Source: Eledone cirrhosa
Taxonomy: Eukaryota
Direction of reading: 5' to 3'
Length of the DNA: 64,000 nucleotides
Assembly: GCA_964016885.1 (NCBI GenBank)
Contig: OZ024740.1
Coordinates: forward strand, 62,248,001 to 62,312,000
Part shown: positions 49,421 to 64,000 of the stretch, piece after piece
Layout: every line of letters begins with the position of its first letter
Position numbering within the stretch: the first letter of the stretch is position 1
Made by a program: the position numbers and the translations under genes
Notes under the pieces: generated by a model
What the model saw: only the letters and a program-made list of their open reading frames with translations
Told to the model about the DNA's origin: nothing
Database searches by the model: none

Positions 49421-50649
49421 TGAATATGGGCCAAACTCAACTCCTAGGAGTTAGTAATGTTGTTAGAACTTGAGTTTTATTTTCAAATGTTTCAATCAAC
49501 AAAGTCATTCTAGAAGGTAGATATAACAGTATCATTCCTGTTTAGTGCATGTATGTATGTGAGTGAGTATTTGCATGGATGCGCATGTGTTTATGCACAC
49601 ATATGCATTGGTTTGATGTCAGTTTGGCAGTGGTGATACAAAAGATACATATTTCTTTGTCAAATGCCTGTCCTTATATTTTTTATTTTTTATTTTTCCA
49701 ATTAACCAAGTCTATATTTGCTTTGCTCGCAAAAACAAATTGTGTTGCTAGTTGCCAAATTGTCTCTTAAAACTCAGTGTTACAACGTTGAGTCAGTGAT
49801 AACTTGATAATTTTGTCTCCTCCTTTTATGTATGTACATATGTCTGTGTGTGTGTGTGTATATATATATGCATGTATATGTATGTATATACATGCAACAC
49901 ATATATATTTATTAATATATCCAAAATTAAATTAAGGGTTGTCATGTCTGAGAGACATGTGCCATATCCACTGTAGAATAAGCTCAAAGATTCCAATGAA
50001 TAGATCCGAGCATTTCATATTAACTAGAAATAGATTGACATATATATATATAAAATAAACATATGGAACAATCACGGAATAATTTGTAAAGAATGTAAGC
50101 ACACATAGCTAGGTAGGTAACCAATTAAAGTTTAACTACAACTTCAAATATAGATACCTTTTAAAATGATTAATCTCTTTTGTATATATTTCTTTAAGTA
50201 AAAAATATATTTCACCAATTAATCAGTAAATCACAGTAGTCAAATCCTGGATGGTCACCAAAGGAGAAGAAAATAACCGTCTGCGTTTACAAAGCAAATG
50301 CAAATCTGTGAATGACTCGAACCATGTGTTGCATTTTTTTAAATACACACATCGCACAGCGTCATCCCAGTGGCGTGAATAGGATTATCGACAGCTAGAA
50401 ATAGCAGCTGAGTCCATTCAACTGAGTTAGCTCTACAATTAAGGGGCCGTTTATATATCCAAAATTAAATTAAGGGTTGTATGTCTGAGAGACATGTGCC
50501 ATATCCACTTTGAAATTCTAGTTAAACTTTAATTGGTTACCTACCTAGCTATGTGTGCTTACATTCTTTACAAATTATTCCCTGTGATTGTTCCATATGT
50601 TTATTTTATATATGTATATGTCAATCTATTTCTAGTTGATATATTTATT

Positions 50650-50683
<34 letters not shown>

Positions 50684-50925
50684 CATGTATATATATGTAC
50701 GTATATACATGCATAGATACATGCAACACATATATATATTTATTTATATATATATATATATGTGTGTGTATATATGTATGTATATCTATATATATGTGTG
50801 TGTATGTATGTATGCATGTACATGTACGTATATATGTATATACATCGTCTAACTCATGCTAGCGTGGAAAATGGACGTTAAACGAAGATGATGAGATACA
50901 TGCAACACACATATATTTATATATA

Positions 50926-50975
<50 letters not shown>

Positions 50976-51282
50976 TGCATATATATGTATGTATATACAT
51001 GCAATACACACATACGTACATATATTTCTTTATTCTCTTCTTTCATCACTAGCCCAACCCACAATTTTCTGTTCTGAAGCAAAGCTGTTTGTCTAAGTTT
51101 GTTCTGGTGTTTTTCTTCCTGGATTGTACCCAACCACCCACCCCCACCTATATTTCGTTGCATCAATTGTTTATTTCTGGACTAAAGTAACCTCTGAAAA
51201 AATACTGAATGAGATAAAATAAAATAAATAAAAGTTATACATAAGAAACAAACATGAAAAAATATATACACAACTATTGTGA

Positions 51283-51382
<100 letters not shown>

Positions 51383-52282
51383 TTATGCATACATAATACA
51401 TGCACACACACATATATATATACACTTATGCATACATGCACACACACACACATATATATATATATACATACATACTCTTATACATACATACATATATCTT
51501 ATGAATGAATAAAGTTGTTAATTTGTAATGAGTTGCTGTGTATGATGGTTTTATTTAGATAATGTGAAAACAGTTGAATTAATGATGTTTGTTGATATTT
51601 GTGTGTGTGTGTGTGTGTGTGTGCATGCATATGTATGTGTATGTATGGAGATATATATGTATATAAGTGTATATGTATATCTGTGTATATATATGTGCGT
51701 GTGTGTATATGTGTATGTGTATGTATATATATGTGTGTGTGTATATATATGTATATATATATAAATATACACACACACACAATAGTTTTATAGACTGATT
51801 ATTCTGAAGTTTTAGATTTGTACTGGAATTATTCTGTTTGGGGTCTTAATGCATACCATGTACTACATCTATAGATCTATCTTTTATCATGGTCATCATC
51901 ATCATTATCATTATCAATTAATGTATGCTTTCCATGCTGGCATCTGTTGGACAGGTGGGATACTATGTCTGGCTCATACATCCTAAATTTTAGCAAGGAG
52001 TGCATGAGTAAAACATATGTTGCTGGTTATGACAACTTGTTTGTTTCAAATCATATCAGCATGGAAAACAGACAATAGATGAAGATAATATATATATATA
52101 TATATGGTTGATTTATGGGTTTATGTGATAAACACACTAAATATACTTTGAAGTAAGGACACTGTATATTGTCAATGTAAAATTTGTTACTGCTATTTAC
52201 CTATATTACTGGATTATCAGAATAGTAAAATTTGTAAAACTTTAAAGAAATGTCACTATTGATGTACATCTATATCTATATA

Positions 52283-52322
<40 letters not shown>

Positions 52323-52435
52323 TGTGTATATAGATATATTTCTGTGTGTATAAAATATTGCAAAGTATTTGTTTATGATGATGGTTTTTGTCCGTGAGAC
52401 CCGTCCAATTCATACCAGCAACAACAAATTTTAAT

Positions 52436-54445
<2,010 letters not shown>

Positions 54446-57400
54446 GTCCGTTGAAATAATTGGCAGAACCATTTTCTTTTCTTTTTTTTTTTTTTTTGTT
54501 GAGGCATCAAAATATTTCAATCGTATACATATATTCAATTTTTATATTGAAATATATGATTGTTGGCTATTTTGCTATTAGACTGGGTTTAGTACAAAAT
54601 ATATAGTATGGAAAAAAATGTTTACAAACTTCCTTGAATAAAAAATTTAATTATTCATATACTCAATTATGGATGCTTTTAATCAATTTTGTAATGAAAT
54701 TAAGCTAAATATCAGTTGTTATGGATGGCTGGCCATTGGCAAAATTATTTTTTAAGAAATAACCTTTTATGATCTTTAACTAACAGTATTTCTATTCTGT
54801 AATTTATGATATTGCTAAATAGTGCCAATTCAACTGCTATATGGTAAATAAGTACGAGGAAGTACAATGCTGTATATTTTTATATATATATATATATATA
54901 TATAATATAAGCTTTTTCTTTTCATTTTGATTGAAGGGTTATTTTGAAATTTTACCATTTTTCATTTATATCTAATAGCTTCACATTTCATTTCAAACAA
55001 GTTCTGCTTATTATTATTTTTTTCTGTGTTTTGTTCTATTTGTTCTTTTGTTATTTTAATGACCGACACATTAAGGCAGCAAATTGGTAGATTTGTTAGA
55101 ATGTCAAATAGAATGCCTTACATGTGGTATTCGTTCTGGGTCTCTGAGCTCCAAGTTCAAATCCTACTGGGATCAATTTAGTCTTTCTTCCTTATCAGAG
55201 TTAGTAAATAACATTTCAGTCTAGTACTCATGATCAATTTTTCTTTTTACCTCCACTCCCTCTCTGAAGAGGGTTGGATAAACTACTAGTTTTGAAAAAT
55301 GCTCAAGACATGCCATATATCATGATCCTCCCTTCATTAATCCATTAGGTATTGAACACCTGAGGAAGGAAGGTTTTAATGACTTCCTTTCAAAGCTCCC
55401 ATTGTTGGCATTATGAACTTTGATTTTCAAGATCACTAGCTGACCCAGTGGAAATTCTCTGGTTTAATTAAAATCAACCAATAAGTATTAACATACACAA
55501 ATAATATATAAGCAGTACTAATTCATATACACAATACAGAAAAATAAATTGAATAAATGTAACAAATAACTGAAACTAACAAAATGAAATATTTTACTCA
55601 TAATTTCAGTATATCTTTTATAAAAGTATTATTCTTTTAGCTCTCTCTCTCATATACATACACATTTACCATCCCCTTTCCAGTGACAAGCGTTTTACAC
55701 AATATGTACTACAGCTTTAATACAATAGATATTTATGCAAGTAATGAATAAATAGAAACTAGAATTGAAAACTAATTTTCCCTTAATAGATCTTGTTTTA
55801 CTTTTTCTTTCCTTTATATGTTACTACTTATAATGATCTTATATGCTCACCCCCATTAGTTATGACAAACCTTTTGGGGTAAAGTGTAGGACAAAATGCC
55901 TTAGGTTATTCATTCCAGCGCATTGTGCTCTGAGTTCAAATCCTGCTAAAGTTAACTTTGTTTTTCATCCTTTTTAGGTTGATAAGATAAAGTATCAGTT
56001 CAGAGTGGTCAATTGTTGAAGCTCTCTCCATCTTGAACTAAAATCATTCAGGCTAGGTCTTTGGTTTAAAGATAACTTCCTTCCTTTCGCCATTCTCAGA
56101 GACCTTAAAAAAGGCCATGGGCTTTTTCCTCCTTGAGCAAACACATATAAAAGAAGAAGAAAAAAAACTGTTACTATTTTAATATCTGATAGAACAGGCT
56201 GGTATGATGCATATGTCTGCATTTGTGAGTGTGTGTGTGTATATATATATGCATAGGGGTTAAGGTGTTTGACTCATGATCATAAGGTTGTGAGTTTAAT
56301 TCCTCAACTGGGAGGTGTGTTGAGTTCTTGAGCAAAATATATTATTTCACGTTGCTTCTTCTGCCACAGATAATATCAGCACTGGAAACATTGTGTCCTT
56401 GGTCCAATCTGACAATAAGCACTTTTCCTTCCCCTTGTATATATATTATATGTGTGTATGAAAAACAGCATGGAGAAAGACATAAAATGATATAGATAGA
56501 TAAACATGTACATACACATAGAATTACTGAAGTTCTGACTACAAATCTTATCAATAAAAAGTAGAACAAGATGACTAGGGACCCTGTTCAAATTGTCACA
56601 ATCCGTCGATCCTTACAGCACAAACTTAATTTTTGATAAGCTGTTTTTGTTTTTCGTTTTTGTTTTTTTGCTGACTTTTTTAAATTCTTTGCTAAATATT
56701 TTATATGCTGCAGTGTTGAGTTAGTACAAACAGTTATTTTATCATACTTCGAATCCAATTGGGATTCATTTTTCCTTTCATCTATCTCTTCAAAGTGAAG
56801 GTAGGTATGGATGAGTGTTTAAGAAATTCACTTTGCAATCGTGATATCTCGGGTTCGAACCCACTGCATGACATTTTAGACAAGATATCTTACTATCGCT
56901 TCGAGTGTATCCATGCGTTGTGAGTGAAATTTGGTAGATGATTATGAGTGTAGAAACAGGTTAGATGGTTTGTACCTGTAATTCAGAGGTCTAGTCTTAT
57001 CACGTATTGTCACGCTGATTCAGCTTGAGAATTGCGTTAAAGGTACGTGTGTCTATGGAATAATCTGCCACTTACGCATTAATTCACATGTCGGGTGTTT
57101 GGTTCATATACCAGCTGAATGTCCATCACTGATACCAACTGGGGAGCCATCATCTCTTCAAAATGTTCTATTTTACGTTAGTAAAAAGAAACCGCGATGA
57201 GTTACCTCCCCTGATTTCTCCTGAACATGAAAATTAGTTTATATGTATATAAACTGCTTGCTTGTTATTCCTAATGTAAAAAGATGTAATAAAACTCCTT
57301 TTTCTACTTTCAGTTGAATAGTAACCAGGAAAAAACGATGACCGGGGTGGTGGGTGGGGGGGGGGGGGGATGGGCTTACTCATCATTGTTATTGCTTTCT

Positions 57401-59337
57401 TTTTATGAATATAAAATAGGGCATTGCTAATAACTAGTATTACATAATAGCGCCGATTCAATCAATAATACATTGTTCCATTTAAAAGTTGACTGTATGG
57501 CTATTCCCACTCCCAATTAAATATTATGTATGTTGCTATACTGCAAAATATAATAATTTAACAAGAAAGGTAAAAGTAATTGTTATAATTATTATAGGTG
57601 TGTGGGTTGACAAGATTGTTAGAGGCTCGGACAAAATATATTGCGGTATTTGTTCCATCTCTTTGTTTTGAATTCAAATCCCACCAGCTCCAACTTTGCC
57701 TTTCATCGTTCTAGTACATGTCAAGTTCTAGGTTCGATTTAATCGACTTTCAACTCCAGAACAGTCAGCTTTGGGCTTAAATTAAAAACCATTATTAAAA
57801 TTATGGGGTGATAGACTGGCAGAAACATTAGAGATTTAAACCAAAAATGCTTTTCAGTATTTATTTAGGACTCTTTACATTCTGCATTCAACCCTCTCAA
57901 AGGTCAACTTTGCCTTTCATACTTCTGGAGTCAATAAAATAAAAGTACTAGTCAAGTACTCGGGTCAATTTAATTTGTAGCTTTGTGCCTATGCTAGAAA
58001 GAATTATTGTTGTTGTTATTGTTGTTGCTACTGTTGTTGTTGTTGTTATCTGAAACTGGACAGTGGAAAGGCATGCTTTAGCAGTATTTAGTGATATCTT
58101 CTTCATGTTGTGAGTTTATACCCTTGCTGAGGTTGACTTTGCATTTCGGTATCAGGTATGACATGGAGTGGATTCAGTGAACTTATACCTTTCCCTTTCA
58201 AATTTATGGCTTATGCTAATCTGAGGAATCATTATCAAAAAATATATTAAAAGCTTTACTTGTGCTCTAAAAGGTGGACGAGGTGGCAAAGCCATTAGAG
58301 CATATGATAAAATGCCTTACAGTATTTGTTGGGCTTCTCTGTGCTCTGAGTTAAAAAATCACCAAGGTCAACTTTGCAGGATCCATAAAATAAGTACAAG
58401 TTCAGTGCAATGGATCGACCAAATCATTAGAGCACCAGGCAGAATATCTTGCAATACAATATTAGTTCCATCTCTTTTCATTCTACAGAGTTCAAATCCC
58501 ACTGTGACTTGGTAGGGGTAGACTTAATCTATCAAACACCACCAATTGACCTTTAGTGGAGTTTGCTCTGTTGCAAGGATTTGGACCTGGTCTGTCTCCA
58601 TTTTTATGATACTTTTTTCCTTCATTCCCACCAGTCTCAGAGGCCCTGAAAGGTGTCATTAACACTGCCCTTCCTTCCCTGACTAAACAGTAAAGAAAAA
58701 AAAATGTTAAGTTAACCAGATATCAAAGGTAACTTTAGTCATATGTATAACAATCAATTGTTGATGTTTGTTTATATTTTTTCTTGCCTTGTAAGACATC
58801 TTTAAGCACTAAATAACTATCCATGTATAGTGGCCTTGAGTTCAAACCTTAATTCCAATATAGGCAGCTTTGCTTTTTCTTTCTTTCTTTTTTTTTGTAT
58901 TTTTTGTTGTTGTTCCTTAATTGGTGGGAGTCAATAACATAACAGGAAAATACTAGTGGTAATAGTGGTAGTGGTGGTGGTAATGTATTATTTAACTTGT
59001 CCTCTCTTCTGTACACAATAAATGGGCCAGTTTTGTGTGTGGAGATACATGAAATGATTAATATCCTATAAACCATGGGTTTAACACTTTCACCTGGCCC
59101 TTGAGTGCCTTTGGCGGAGTTCTCTCTGTTGCAAGCATTTGAGTTAGGTCTCTGGTTTGAGGATACCTTCCTAAGTCCCTTGCATCCATCAGTCTTGGAG
59201 CCCCTGAAAAGAGTTACAAACACTGCTTTTCTCCTTGACTAAATAGTAAAAAAGATTTTTTTAAATTTAAGCTCCAGCTCAGTCCTAATCAAGTATATCT
59301 ATGATCAAATAAATTCCAACTTTGACCGTTCCCATCA

Positions 59338-59560
59338 TTTTTACCTCCCAATATACTGTATCAAGAACTACTTTATTTAATGTATCTCTCCTTTTTACCT
59401 CCCAATATACTGTATCAAGAACTACTTTATTTAATGTATCTCTCCTTTTTACCTCCCAATATACTGTATCAAGAACTACTTTATTTAATGTATCTCTCTC
59501 TCCTTTTTACCTCCCAATATACTGTATCGAGAACTACTTTATTTAATGTATCTCTCTTTT
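59338..59560. repeat. Tandem repeat, about 54-bp unit x4 (ttttacctcccaatatactgtatcaagaactactttatttaatgtatctctcct)
   Basis: Near-perfect direct copies. Confidence 0.92.
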
Positions 59561-59799
59561 TTCAAGCTACAATTTAACTGATATTTCTAGCAAATTGAAT
59601 GACGATGCAAACTATCTCTTGTTAGTTTGCCTAACAAGGGATTGACATCCTTAATGTTGTGAGCTCCCCAAAATATTTTAATTAAATAAAAATATTCATT
59701 AGCTTTAATGATAATTCTTAGTAAGGGGAAACAACTCTGAAATCTAAATTGATTTAAAATTGAATGAGGCTATGCATTGTCCAGTAAGCCTGGTGTTTA

Positions 59800-59877
59800 G
59801 TAAGCACGGCAACAACTCCGGACATGTTTCAGTCTTATTAGACTTCATCAGTGAAACATAGACTTACATGTGCTTAC
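59800..59877 (-). ncRNA. Type I hammerhead ribozyme motif (minimal stem III)
   Basis: Minus strand reads GTAAGCAC..TTTCA CTGATGA AGTCT-AATA-AGACT GAAAC AT GTC CGGAG..GTGCTTAC; conserved core intact. Confidence 0.75.
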
Positions 59878-60394
59878 CACACCTTTCTCTCTTTATGTTA
59901 TGACTTCAAAATCAATTCCTGGGATTGTTTTCAATTTTCATATTCCCTGGGTCAATAAAATATTCTCCAATAAGATATTGGAGTTGATTTTAATTAACTG
60001 CATTTCAACCCTTACAATTTAAGGTTTTTAGTTGTTATTTAGTCTCATCCCAATCAATTAAAGGTATAATCGCATACACTGACCATCATATGATTCTAAA
60101 GAATATCTACGACTATATAATCTAACATCTTCTTTATTTTTAAAGATGGCAGGAAGGACAATTTGGCTGTTATTTTTATCATTTTTGTTGGCTTAACAAT
60201 GTTTTTTAGTAATGTAAATTTATGTTCACTCCCTAAACCCGAATGGTGGATTTCTTTATTATTGCTGATTTGCAGAGTCATTAGAGTGTTTGGCTTAATG
60301 CTTTGCAGTATTAACATCACCACCTTGCCCTTGGTTGCCTTTAATAGAGCCCGCTCTGTTGTAAGGATTTGTGCCAGGTCTTCGATTTGAGGAG

Positions 60395-60433
<39 letters not shown>

Positions 60434-60676
60434 CAATACCCTTCCCTCCCTGATTAAATAACTTTAAAAAATGTAGCAGAGATCATGAGGTTCTTGGTTA
60501 TATATATATACAATTAAACAGTTTAAACAGGGCGGGAGGGGGGGTCATATATGTTGAAATTTACAAAAACTTCCTCCTACTCCACTCCCCTGATATGTGT
60601 GTGTATGTGTTTAAGTCCAAATATTTTTTGTGTTGTTTTTATTTTTGTATTTTCGAATCTAGTACTGAGCTGGTTT

Positions 60677-60705
<29 letters not shown>

Positions 60706-60708
<3 letters not shown>

Positions 60709-60813
60709 AATGATTTCTACAGGACTAGAACTGTTTCATTTGTATGAAAATCATCAGGACATTCCTGGTGATTCATACGAATGAAACAGTTCTAGTCCTG
60801 CAGAAGTCATTTC
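60706..60813. repeat. Near-perfect palindrome with arms of about 52 bp, flanked by microsatellite
   Basis: agaaatgatttctacaggactagaactgtttcatt...cat...aatgaaacagttctagtcctgcagaagtcatttct. Confidence 0.85.
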
Positions 60814-61228
60814 TATATATATAATAAAGATACCTATACTCTACCAACGTATTGAGTACCTTTTTTTAATGTGGTTACCCACCCACCTGACACAACTCGG
60901 GGAACCTTATATATATATATATATAATCTTATGTTTACCCTGTTGGCTGTCACCATCACTACCACTATCATTAAGATTATTGTCAGGTAGTGTTCACAAG
61001 CTATTTGATGAATTAATAAGCAAGTAATATGTTATCAAATAACAAAAAGCTTGTTAACAGATTGTGTACAGATTTTTCTCTCCTTTATTCTTTTCAATTT
61101 TTTCCTCTTATCTTTTCTTCCTTCTTTTCTCCCTTATATTGAATTATGTTTTCAAAGCTATGAAATGGCTACATATACTTAATATCATTTCAAACTATAT
61201 ATATATATATATATACACATATATATAT

Positions 61229-61427
61229 AAATTAGAAATAGAAGCTTTCACTGTATTTTTGACGAAAGAAATTTTAGCCTGATAGTGGTGTTTAGAACCC
61301 TCAAAGAAATGGAAAAGATGAGTATTGCAATACTCACCTTTTTCCATATCTTTGAGGGTTCTAAACACCACTATCAGGCTAAAATTTCTTTCATAAAAAA
61401 TACAGTGAAATCTTCTATTTCTAATTT
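61229..61427. repeat. Spacerless palindrome with arms of about 99 bp
   Basis: Centre gagtattg|caatactc at 61327/61328; arms are reverse-complementary with few mismatches. Confidence 0.9.
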
Positions 61428-63394
61428 CAAAACTCGCTTGCTGTTTTAAAACATACTTACCTGTCATATATATATATATATATCTGTGCATACAATCATA
61501 TATACATACATATATATTATATTCACACACATATATATAGAAAAGAAGAAAGAAAAGTCACCCTCTCTGCCATTTTTTTTTTTTTTTTTTTTTTTAAGTT
61601 TCTTTATCTTCATATAAATGTTTGTTGATTTTTTTTCAGCTAACTTTTTCAATGAGTGATTAAAATAAATAATAAGGGTGACCAAAAGTCTAAATTTATT
61701 AAATCTCTCTTTCTTTTTTCTTCATTTTCTTCACTCCCTCCCTCCATTCCTGTGCTTCTTAATTTTTTTTTTTTTTTAAATGAAATTTTACAGTCTTTTC
61801 ATTCATGGATTTAAAACATATTGTCTTGAAATTTGAAAAAGAAAATAATAATTAGTTACTTCTAATCTATTCATTACCTTAGAAGTTCATGTGTTTTTTG
61901 ATACTCACTACAGGACAAAGATAACTGGTTGGATTTGGAAATATTATATTTAAAAAATGGGATTTGCCAGTGGAAAGAACTCAAAAATATTTGTTGTTAT
62001 AAAAGTGTTTAATATTGAAATGTTGGTTTATTCATGACAATAGATATTTATTCATTCTACAATTATATCAACTTGTTGTTGTCATTGCTAATGTTGTTTA
62101 GTTGATTGGTTTTTGCCCTCTCTTCTTCCATTTTGTGAGTGACCTATATTCTGAAAATCTGATGTTCAGTAGGTTTTTTTTTGGGGGGGGGGGGTTCTAG
62201 GTGATGAAGCCATAAACAGTAAAATTATATACATACTCTCTTTGTGATTGTGTGTACATTTTACTTTTGAATCTATATTTTAGTAATATTTAAAAATCAT
62301 TGGAGTGACCCAATTGCTAAGTAAGTGTTAGTTAACAGACTAAAAGTCTTTTTGGTATTTTTAGTTCTGTCCCTCTACGGTCATAGTTCAGAACATGCTT
62401 GTGTTAACTTTGCCTGTCATTCCTCTGAAGTTCAACAAAATAAGTATCAATTGTATACTTTTATTCATTCACTCAGGCAGTGCTGTATTATTCATTAGGC
62501 TAATTAGACTGAGGCCTAGGTGCCTGTCCATGGGTTTATATGATCCAGTGTTATGGGCCTATACTTCATTCCAGAACCCAGAGAACAAAGGAGAGGCCTG
62601 TGGATATTTGATCACCTCATCCTCAAAAAACAAAAACAAAGAAATTGTGAACTCCACTTTAATTTTGAGTGGAAAGACAGCCACCCTCCACCCCCATCAT
62701 CACACCAGGTCCCCAAAAGCAGTGGTACAAAATTTCATTCAGAGAACCTGCATCCATTTCTCTAGAAATGTGTGAACTGCTCTAAAAGAACAAATCAAAA
62801 TACATTGAGTTAGAAAAAAGGGACAGTGAGTTCCAAAAAATAAAGCACTGGACGAACAGAGGCAGTCATCATCATCATTACCATTTTACGTTCATTCTTC
62901 CACGCTAGCATGGGTTAGACAGGTTGTCCTGTTGTGAGCAATGTTAGGTCGCGTGACCATGTCTTGCTCATAGGAGAACTGATTGGCTTGATTTCAACAG
63001 TTGGATGCCCTTCCTAACACCAACCTCATTTACAGTGAGTGCTGGGTGCTTTTTTTCCGTGGCACCTACACGACCACTTTACAGGATTCTTCAGATTGGA
63101 CAGATATGTAGCAGCAATTTGATACTCTTTCTAAAGGAGTTCCTTTTGCATTATCTTTCACTGTCAAATTGGCCACCATAGAAGCTGACCTTTGCTGCTT
63201 CCTAGATAAGCTCACATTGTGAATGACTTTCAAGTGCCAATATGTCTGAGATTTTAACATAGAGAGTCATCTGTTTCATCTCAGGTTTCAGAGACGGAAG
63301 CAATATTCATAAATAGCCGGCTCTCAGCAAAGCCAGCAGAGTCTCAGAGTTGAATTCTAAGAGTTAACATGTAGTCAGTCCACTGCCTTATACA

Positions 63395-63873
63395 GACTCT
63401 AGTGCTGGTACCATGATAAAATGTAATCAGTATATACACTATGTTAAATGAAAGGGATGGTGTCATGATAAAATGTACCCAGTACACTCTATAAAGTGGT
63501 TCTTGAGTGAACCTAGAGAGGAGTCTTCAGTTTAGCTGAGCATACAACTTCACTAGTGCTGGTACCATAATAAAATGTACCTAGTACACTCTGTAAAGTG
63601 GTTGGTGATTGAACAGAAACAATATAGAGTAGAGAGGTTGCTTCAGTCTGGCCAGGCATATGACTACCTCTCTAGTGCTGGTGCCAAAATAAAATGTACT
63701 CCATACATTCTGTAAACTGGTTGGCATTAGGAAGGGCATCCAACTGTAGAAACCATACTAAACATGGAATGTATGAGCAAGAAGAAATCTTTCTGATCTG
63801 TCTAATCTCAGACCATGTAAACCCCATCCAATCCATGTCATGTGAATGGCGGGCATAGAATAATGATGATGAT
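63395..63873 (+). mobile_element. RTE-derived non-autonomous element with triplicated 5' module
   Basis: Three ctagtgctggtaccat..taaaatgtac..agtacactct.taaagtggtt modules, then ttaggaagggcatccaactgtagaaa and a (GAT)n tail. Confidence 0.6.
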
Positions 63874-64000
63874 GCAGTACTTAACTTTTATTCTCCATTC
63901 CAGTTTCAAATATCATCAAAATTGACTTTGACTTCCTTCTTTCTCATCTTGTCAAAACAAGCACTACAGTATTTTTAAATCTAAATTAGCACCTATCACT

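Noticed and set aside
60730-60760. Second hammerhead-like CTGATGA...GAAAC on the minus strand
   Set aside because: No proper stem II or cleavage-site geometry; explained by the palindrome.

Overview
AT-rich, repeat-dense animal DNA. The repeat landscape (RTE LINEs with (GAT)n tails, tRNA-type SINEs, TTAA-MITEs, very long (TA)n tracts) points to an octopod cephalopod; this is inferred. The + strand carries the last 18 coding exons of the AP-2 complex alpha-adaptin gene (AP2A), from 3967 to the stop at 47576. They splice into one open frame of 749 aa, and the gene's 5' exons lie outside the window. One intron is a minor-spliceosome U12 AT-AC intron (35032-35322). Introns contain three copies of a young RTE LINE family, one older near-full-length RTE, CR1-like and R4/Dong-like fragments, and many SINEs and MITEs. 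Most notable observations: (1) a type I hammerhead ribozyme motif on the minus strand at about 59800-59877; (2) a candidate in-frame 18-nt microexon (GKFKKR) in the AP2A hinge; (3) a 180/181-identical inverted repeat bracketing the two exons joined by the U12 intron (297 nt, frame-neutral); (4) near-identical inverted LINE copies within one pre-mRNA; (5) a PHD-type zinc finger inserted inside the LINE reverse transcriptase. All calls were made by eye, without alignments or expression data.
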